Source: Octopus vulgaris (taxonomy: Eukaryota). Taken from it: a DNA stretch of 64,000 nt. The stretch spans positions 48,608,001-48,672,000 of the forward strand of contig OX597829.1 in assembly GCA_951406725.2 (NCBI GenBank). Reading direction: 5' to 3'. Under the pieces are notes generated by a model. The model was not told the DNA's origin. It worked only from the letters and a program-made list of their open reading frames with translations, and made no database searches. The translations under genes were made by a program, and so were the position numbers. Below, piece after piece: positions 54,935 to 64,000 of the stretch. How positions within the stretch are numbered: position 1 is the stretch's first letter; each line of letters starts with the position of its first letter.

Positions 54935-57519
54935 TTGTGTGTGTATGTGTCTGTTTGTCCACACAGACACATACACTTTTGCTTTTCAATTGCTTGACAA
55001 CCGATATTGTTCTGTTGACGTCCCCATATCTTAGCGGTTCTGCAAAAGAGACTGATTGAATAAGTGTCCCAGGGTCGATTTGTTCGACTAAAAGCGGTGC
55101 TCCAACATGGCCACAGTCAAATGACTGAAACAAGTAAAAGAATAAAACAGTATTAGGAATTGTATTTTTAAAAAATTGTTTAAATATTTTGTGCATTGCA
55201 TAAGTATGACTAATTCATTCATCATAAATGTTAACTACAAAATCTTATCTGGGCCCCATTTGAAAATCAGACATGGGTTAAAATATGATAAAGGGACTAA
55301 CCAGAAATACATGGCTACCTCGCATTATATAGGGGTAGGCTGGACCTATTTTTGGGAAAGAGATAAAGATGGCAGTAATGTGAAGTGTTAATCTTCCAAG
55401 AAAATACCACTCCCGAACCAAATGTTTTCATATCATTATCAAAATAAATTAACACCATGGAATCGGTTTTTTGCATTCTGATTCAGAGGTGGGTGTTTTT
55501 TGTTGGCGACCCGCTTATCAACTACATACGTGATTGATTTGGTTTTTTTGGGGTTTTTTAAAAAATTTTATTTCAAACTCATTTGTTTTTTGTTTTGTTT
55601 TTGTATTATTTGTTTTATCTAGTTTATCCCTGAAGGTTTAATCACTTCATATATATATTTAGTAATATGTGCGTTATCTAAACAATATCTTTTGTGTAAA
55701 TAATCACAAATAATTTATATGATATAACAAAGCATCGTTTGTATACATTGAGATTGTGTCATTTTATTTTGATTTCCATTCAAAAGCTCTCATTCTTCTC
55801 TTCTCTTTGCTTTTGTTTGCCCCAAATACTCACTTCATTCGTGCACTTATTGTATGTTATTTCAACAATGTATTTCACATGTAATTACCACATATATTTC
55901 ATGTTATGATGTCAAGTATCGGTCATGTAGGAGGAGTATTGACATGTTACCTTATTTGCTAGTGATTATCTTATAAAGTATGTGCTGTGTTATGTTGTTT
56001 ATTGGTGGTTCTGTAGAGTAGGAGCACATGGCCTAGTGGTTGCAGTATTGCACTTACGATCAGGAGGTTGTGGTTTCGATTCCTGGACTGGATGGTTGCA
56101 TTGTGTTCCCGAGCAAGACACCTCGTCTCACATTGCTCTATAACCACTTTGACATCTGATATGTGTTACTCTGTGCCCCTGTTATGGGCAATGTTGATTT
56201 GATGGCAGGATTGAGCTCATGTACTGTACTACTACTTTTTTGTGGGGTCACATGGCTTTGTTGTTAGGGTATTGGACTCATGATTATAAGATTGTGGTTT
56301 CGATTCCTGGACTGGGCAATGTTGCTCCAGCTGGTAAAAAAATAAGTAACAGCAAAAACATCAATACACACAGTCCAAGGTTGCAATTCCTGGCAATGCA
56401 TTCATTCTGTCCTTGAGTAAGACTTTTTATTTCACATTGCACCAGTCCACCCAGCTGGTAAAAATGAGTTGCACCTGTATATCAAAGGGCCAGCCTTGTC
56501 AACATTCTGTGTCACGCTGAATCTCCCTGAGAACTACGTTTAGGATACACATGTCTGTGGAGTACTTGACCACTTGCATGAACAAACTATTTCATGAGCA
56601 AACTATTCTGTTGGTTGTATCAAGTGGGAACCTTCATCACTGTAACTGACAGAGTGCCAGTTTCTATTTCATAGGATATGGGTTGAGCTTTGCAACCTCG
56701 GACTGTGTGTTTTGATGCTTTTGCTGTTGTTACATAGGACAGAATATCTTGCAGTATTTGTTGTACCTCTTAAGATTCCAGATTCAAAGTCTCTTGAGGT
56801 CAACGTTACCTTTTGTCCTTCTTATTTCTTTATTGCCCACAGGAGGCTAAACACAGAGGGGACAAACAAGGACAGACAAAGGGATTAAGTCGATTACATC
56901 GACTCCGTTGCGTACCTGGTACTTAATTTATTGACCGCCGAAAGGATAAAAAGTAAAGTTGACCCCGGCAGAATTTGAACTCAGAACATAATGGCAGATG
57001 AAATACCACTAAGCATTTCGCCCAGTGTGCTAACGTTTCTGCCAGCTTGTCGCCTTAGAAAATATTATCCTGTGAGTAGCCATGTAACTCCTCTACAACA
57101 AGGACTTGCTCTACCCCAACCATTTCTCTCCATAGTTTAACCCTCACCTAGCATAGAGGTGCCACCCCAACCTCTGGTTTTATAAACTTGCAAGCTGCAT
57201 GGTAACTCCAGTTGTGCCAGTTATATGCAAAAAAAAAAGAAAATAAAAAGCACCAAGTACACACTTGTAAAGTAATTGGCATTAGGAAAGGCATCCAGCC
57301 ACAGAAACTATGCAGAGGTAGACACTGGAGTGTAACACAGTCCTTGGGCCTATCAGATCCTGTCAAAGCATCAAACCCATGCCAGCATGGAACAGAGTCT
57401 TTAAATGATGACGATGCATATTATTAAATAAATGAAGGAAACTGTAGCCTATAATTTCACTGGAAGCCTTGTGAAAGAATTTAGTTGAAACTGAAAGAGG
57501 ACTGTCATGTATCAATATA

Positions 57520-58079
57520 TACAAATATCTTGGGTCATACATATCATCATCTGGAAAAGATTTTCTAACTAGAAAGGGTATGGCCTGGTCAGCCTGTAAT
57601 GACATGCATAAGATCTGGTCATCAAATCTAAGTTGAGACTTCAAACTTGAAATCTTCAAAGTCACAGTCGAACCAATTCTACTATATGGCTCAGAAACCT
57701 GGACGTTATCAAAGAAGCTTGAGAGGCGGTTGGATGGGACCTACACTCGCCTCCTTATGAGAGCTCAAAATCTCTCGTGGAAGCGCCATCCTACCAAAAT
57801 GCAAATATATGGGAAACTACCATGTCATCTCTTGTGAAAGGTAGGAGAGTCCAGTTTGCTGGACATTGTTGTAGAGCTGAAAAAGAAGTAATTTCTACTC
57901 TTCTCCTCTGGAAGCCATCTGTTCGCAATACCAGAGGGCGCACACTCTCCTACCCTGATGTAATCTCCAGGGATACAGGCATCCAGCAACAGGACCTCTG
58001 TAATGCTATGATGGACTGTGAAGTCTGGCGTAGCATGGTAAATTCCATTGTCTCGACCACGGTTGAACAATGATGATGA
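57520..58079 (+). mobile_element. RTE-type LINE 3' end
   Basis: EPILLYGSETWTL...RRVQFAGHCCR...LLWKP followed by a (TGA)n tail. Confidence 0.85.
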
Positions 58080-58083
58080 TATA

Positions 58084-58480
58084 TACAGGGTATCCCACCT
58101 CAAAATTGACATCATTTCATAGTCTAATAAGATAACTAATTTTCACTCAAATGATCCCAAATTTTAACAAAATGTGTGAAAAATAAGTTAGGACAGGGCA
58201 TGCCAGTAATAATGACAATGTGCTATTTGGAATGGCCACCACATTCACCTGACTTGACACCTTGTGATTTTTTGCGATGGAGCAATGTGAAAGGACTGGT
58301 CTATATCCCTCCTCTTTCTACAAGCCTAAATGAACTCAAGCAGAGAATCACTCGAGGTGCTGGAGAAGTTTACGCAAGACATGCTACAGCAAGTTTGGCA
58401 GAAGCTGGACCAACCACTTTGCCATATGTCATGTCACTGGTGATGTTCATCTTGAACATTTATGAAGCTTTGTGAAACCA
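58084..58480 (+). mobile_element. Tc1/mariner-superfamily relic
   Basis: TA-CAGGGT end and WPPHSPDLTPCDF..W..VKGLVY motif. Confidence 0.75.
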
Positions 58481-59140
58481 ATTATAAAATCTACATCTCT
58501 CTGAATCGCTTTTCTGAATTTTGTGAAATAAGTCTTTTATTGTTTAACATGAAGCTTGTTGAATTTTTGTTCACCTTGGACATGTAGTTACTCAGATATT
58601 CACATTTCAAATATTCTTGTTATTGTGTTAAACTGTTCTATGTCCAAGTTTGGTCAAATGCGTTTTTTTTTTTCAATATATATTTTTGCTTGCAAAAGCC
58701 GGTTCTTTTGGTCAGACTATCGTATCTCCAGCTACTTCAGATGCCAAGATATCAAAAATTATCGAAATGTAGTACAATGGTTTAGCTATGGAATGGTGAA
58801 ACTATTTTTTCATTTTCTGAAAAAGCAATGTATGGGACTTACGACACTTTTGCATAATAGCAACAATATATGCGTGTATGTGTGTGTGTGCACTAGCATA
58901 GCTAGGGGATCTGGGCGGGGGTTTCGGTCCCCCACCCGGGTGGCACTTTTAAAGGGGTACACTTTTGGGTCTGCTGTAGGTAGTATGTGTTTTCTGTGAG
59001 GCTTGGGGTCGCAAATGGAAGGGCGGCCCCAAACGGAATGACTGTGCCAGGTAGTACACACTCTAGCTATGCTAGACTATGTGGGTATATAAAATGAACT
59101 ATTTTTTCCACATTGTTTCGCATCTATGTGCTTACTCAAG

Positions 59141-59179
<39 letters not shown>

Positions 59180-59275
59180 CATCATCATCATCATCGTTTA
59201 ACGTCCGCTTTCCATCCTAGCATGGGTTGGACGATTTGAACAGAGGTCTGGCGAACCAGATGGCTGCACCAGACT

Positions 59276-59322
<47 letters not shown>

Positions 59323-59609
59323 CATATGTATATATGTATATATATATATATATATACACATACATAAATATATAAAAGAAGAAGGATCAGAAAAGATCCA
59401 AGAAATATGTTACAAAAAGAAAATAGAAACTACATGTAGAAATATATATACATATACATACACACACACATATATGTATATTATATGTATAGATGTTCAC
59501 GTGTTTTTGACGTCCTGTACCCATATATGAATGTATATATACATATATATATGTAGGCATGTACACGTGTGTGCGTGTATATGCATATATATATATATAT
59601 ATATATACA

Positions 59610-59656
<47 letters not shown>

Positions 59657-60479
59657 GCGCATGCATTTATATAGAAATGTGTGATCTTAGCTTTGATGAG
59701 TAAAAAGGTAAAAAGAAAAAAAAAACATTTTAAAGAAGAACTGGAGAACTTTGTACATAAGAAAAAAAAAAAAAACAGTCTTGGAAGAAACCCCGGGTGA
59801 AATACACTTAACAGTGTAAACAAAGACAGAACCTGCTGTATATTTGCACTTGTTCAACAGAGATAACGGCATAAGATAACAGAAGCGATACGATGATTAT
59901 TATGAAGAATGTTGATCGCTGCATCGGTTATCGTGTTGGGAGGAGAGTGTTACAAGCAGCAGCAAAGAAGGTTCGTGAGAAGAAAAAAGATATTTAGAAA
60001 CGAAAAAGCAGAATGAAAAACTATTATAATGTGGAATGGTATTGCGATGGGGGATAACTCCGTTTGGCTTATTGCGGTTATAGCAACGATATTGTGTGAG
60101 AAAGCCGTGAAACTGCGTGTTTCGTTTGTTTGACGTTGGGGATTTTAATAAGAGAGACAACCTAATAACAGATGGAGGCTGCCCAACGAGGTGTAAACGT
60201 GTGTGTGTGTGTGTGTGTGTGTGGTATTTCTCTGTGGTATTTCTCTGTTACTCGTTTCAGTCATTTGACTGTGGCCATACTGGAGCACCGCATTTAGTCG
60301 AGCAAATCGACCCCCCCAAGACTTATTCTTTTTGTAAGCCCAGTACTTATTCCATCGGTCTCTTTTGCCGAACCGCTAGATTACAGGACGTAAACACACC
60401 CGCATCGGTTGTCGAGTGATGTTGGGGGAACAAACACAGACACACAAACATTTACACACACATACATATATATATATAT

Positions 60480-60558
<79 letters not shown>

Positions 60559-61051
60559 TATATATATACATATATATATACATGTATACGATGGGCTTAT
60601 TTCAGTTTCCGTCTACCAAATCCACTCACAAGACTTTTGGTCAGCCTGAGGCTATAGTAGAAGACACTTGCCCAAGGTGCCACGCAGTGGGACTGAACCC
60701 GGAACCATGTGGTTGGTAAGCAAGCTACTTACCACACAGCCACTCCTGAATTCCAGAATTTTTTTTTTGTTTTTAATTATGGTACTTACTTTATCAGACA
60801 CACAATCATACACACACACACACACACACACACATACATATATACGACAGGCTTCTTTCAGTTTCTGTCTACCAAATCCACTCACAAGGCTTTGGTCAGC
60901 TTGAAGCTTTGTAGAAGTTACTTACCCAATGTGCCACACTGTGGCAATGAACTTGGAACCATGTTGTTGGTAAGCAAGCTACTTACCACACAGCCACATG
61001 TATATGTATAAATGTGTATATGTGTGTGGGTGGGTGTGTATATATATATAT

Positions 61052-62585
61052 ATCAGAATCACTACTGGAACTAGAAAAGAAATTTCGGGTGTGGAAGCAA
61101 GGGTTAGAATCAAAGGGCCTTAGAGTAAATGTAGCGAAGACCAAAGTTATAGTAAGCAGAAAGGCGAACTCAGCACACATCCCCTCGGGCAGGTTGCCCT
61201 GCTCGATCTGTAGGAAAGGTGTAGGTAGAAACTCCATAAGATGCACCCAATGTAAGCTATGGACGCATAAGAGGTGCAGCAACATCAAAGGGAAATTAAC
61301 TGATAAGATAGCTTTCATGTGCGGCAGATGCACAGGGACAATAGACACCACAGACACACAGAAAACAGATTCCATCTCACTCTAGGGGGAGAAACTAGAA
61401 GTAGTTGATAGTTTCCGCTACCTGGGTGACCAAGTTAGTAGTGGAGGTGGATGCTCAGAGAGTATCACCACTAGAATATGAATAGCCTGGGCAAAGTTCA
61501 GAAAGCTCCTACCCCTACTGGCGACAAAGGGTCTCTCGCTCAGAGTGAAAGGTAGATTGTATGATGCATGTGTGCGAACTGCCATGCTTCACGGTAGTGA
61601 AACATGCGCTGTGACTGCAGAGGACATGCGTATACTTGAAAGAAATGAAGCTAGCATGATCCGCTGGATGTGTAATGTCAGTGTGCATACACGACAGAGT
61701 GTAAGCACCCTGAGAGAAATGGTGGACATAAGAAGCATCAGATGTGGTGTGCAAGAGCGACGCTTGCGATGGTATGGTCATGTACTGCGGATGGATGAGG
61801 AGAGATGTGTGAATAAGTGCCACTCCCAAACTGTTGAAGGTATCAGGGGGAGAGGTAGACCCAGGAAGACATGGGATGAGGTAGTCAAGCATGACCTCAG
61901 AGCGTTGGGCCTCACTGAGGCAATGGCGAAGGACCGAGATCTCTGGAGATATGCTGTGATGCAAAGACCCGGGCTGCTTCCTGCACCAGTTCCACATAGC
62001 CCCTGCCCATTCAAAGTACCCTGGATCCCAGAACGTCCTGCTGTGCTTGAGTAGACCTGTTGAGTCAAGTACATGAATATGAACATGAACATTGAAATAA
62101 ATATCAATGGAAATAGTAGTTGTGATACCTGTGCCGGTGGCACATAAAAAGCACCATCCGAACGTGGCCGTAGCCAGCGCCGACTCGACTGGCTTCTGTG
62201 CCGGTGGCACATAAAAAGCACCATCCGAACGTGGCCGATGCCAGCGTCGCCCTGACTGGCTCCTGTGCCGGTGGCACATAAAAAGCACTATCCGAACGTG
62301 GCCGTTGCCAGCGCCGCCTTGGCTGGCTTCCGTGCCGGTGGCACGTTAAAAGCTCCAACCGATCGTGACTGATGCCGGACTCCCCTGGCACCTGTGCAGG
62401 TGGCACGTAAAAAGCACCCACTACACTCGCGGAGTGGTTGGCGTTAGGAAGGGCATCCAGCTGTAGAAACTCTGCCAGATCAAGATTGGAGCCTGGTGCA
62501 GCCCCTGGCTTCCCAGACCCCGGTCGAACCGTCCAACCCATGCTAGCGCAGAAAACGGACGTTAAACGATGATGATGATGATGAT
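61052..62585 (+). mobile_element. 5'-truncated RTE LINE with PHD-finger insertion, repeat-bearing 3' UTR and (GAT)n tail
   Basis: GLRVNVAKTK, CxxC..CxxC..H..C..CxxC, VDSFRYLG, LHGSET, RRLRWYGHV and GRGRPRKTW motifs; two in-frame stops (about 61383 and 61479). Confidence 0.9.
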
Positions 62586-63177
62586 ATGTATATGTATGTA
62601 TTTATCATGTGGTCGTTGGTTATGATCTGTTAGAAAGCTACCTTTGGTTTCATGCCCATTATTGCTCTTAACAATACAGGTGACTCATCAGACCAAATGC
62701 TTGGAGGCACACAACCTCTTTACAAAAGAGCACTACTATAAGGTCTTTTGGTTTGTCCCATCCCTCTCACTCAACACTAAGACCTGCATGGGAAAGATCC
62801 TCCTTACATTGGTGGTCTAACATTTCAAGCAATCCTCTAGGTACACACAATTATTTAATAGGCACAACTTAGTCCCATTCAGCTGTTCTCACTCAGTGCT
62901 GTTCTTGTAGAGTTAACAGTGAGTGTCCATTAGGCAGTCGATGCAACTCTGAGGCTGTGGTCTACGAGGCAGAGGTCATGTTCGGCAGTAAAAGCGGCAA
63001 CAGCAGCAGTAGTATCAGCAGCAACAACAACAGCAGCTCCAACAATGTAAGGATGCATACACAGAAATACGTTGGAGCAATGGAAGCCCCTTTAAGCTGC
63101 AACTAAATAGCAACAGGTCCTCTTTTAAGATCCCAGAGAGGTGCGTCATTATATTTTTGGCCAACTACATACAGCAT

Positions 63178-63346
63178 TTAACCCTTTAGTGTTCAGATTA
63201 ATCTGTCAAATATAATGATTATTTATTCACATTGTTTTGAATTAATTATGCATTATCTTGTAGGCTTGAGATTTTGATAAAGTAACTTTTAATTTTTAGA
63301 ATGATATTGCGTGTGGATATGGCAGGTTTAAATGCTAATGGGTTAA
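63178..63346. mobile_element. Second TTAA-flanked MITE family
   Basis: TTAACCCTTTAGTGTT...AATGCTAATGGGTTAA. Confidence 0.7.
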
Positions 63347-63550
63347 AAGAAAAAGGAACACCATACAGAATTAAATGGGAGCTCCTGGAACAGCTTGGAC
63401 CATAGCTTGGTGGAAGCAGAAGATGCAAACTTTGCATGGCGGATAGAGTAAGGATCTTACAAAAATTTGCTTGATCTGGGAGCTCTCTTAAATTCAAGAA
63501 GTGGAGTGTTTAGTTGGTGCCCTCATGATAGGAAATTCATGTTGAGGACA
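63347..63550 (+). mobile_element. Penelope-like GIY-YIG C-terminal relic
   Basis: IKWELL...CKLCM...LLNSRS...CPH.RKFML resembles the CxLC..EK...LNxRSE...CxH end of Penelope-like elements. Confidence 0.55.
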
Positions 63551-63766
63551 TAGGCTTCTCTCTTTTCTGGCTAATGAATGGAAAATCTACATAAACTGAC
63601 TCTTTTCAGATACAACTGAAACCTTTCAAAAGGAGATAACTCCATCTTTCCCAGGTAGGGTTGGGGGTTTGCTTTGAAGAATTTCATTTCAGGTTTTTTT
63701 TTTCCACCACGAAACTGACCAATACAGTATTCTTACTTCCATTAGAAAAGAGGTTGTGTGTGTGTA

Positions 63767-63818
<52 letters not shown>

Positions 63819-64000
63819 CGTATGTGTGTGTATGTGTGTGTTTGTGTGTGTCGTTTTACTAAATCTAGTCACGTGGCTTTGGTTGGTTTGGAAGTATTGT
63901 AGTAGCTACACAAGGTACCACACAGTGGGACTGAACCCAAAACCATATGGTTAGGAAGCAGACTTCTAACCACACAGCCGTACAAGTACCTGGAATACAG

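Overview
AT-rich, repeat-saturated animal genomic DNA. The repeat types (tRNA-derived SINE families, TTAA MITEs, RTE LINE tails ending in (GAT)n, very long microsatellites) suggest an octopus or other coleoid genome; this is inferred, not proven. Only one confident host coding segment is visible: a 174-nt internal exon of an ABHD11-like alpha/beta hydrolase (40225-40398, +), so most of the window is probably intron or intergenic. The rest is transposon debris: RTE (one copy with a PHD finger inside the RT region), CR1, R4/Dong and Penelope-like retroelements, several mariner/Tc1 relics, two Helitron relics, hAT and piggyBac-type MITEs, three SINE families and TE-derived tandem arrays. Unusual items are a dispersed 5.8S-ITS2 rDNA fragment, minimal hammerhead-ribozyme-like motifs, two MITE concatemers sharing the same spacer, a 290-bp foldback near the exon, and a candidate antisense exon with an in-frame TGA in a CxxU context. 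Almost all ORFs in the supplied track are microsatellite artefacts. Repeat coordinates were read by eye and are approximate unless a TSD or terminus is cited.
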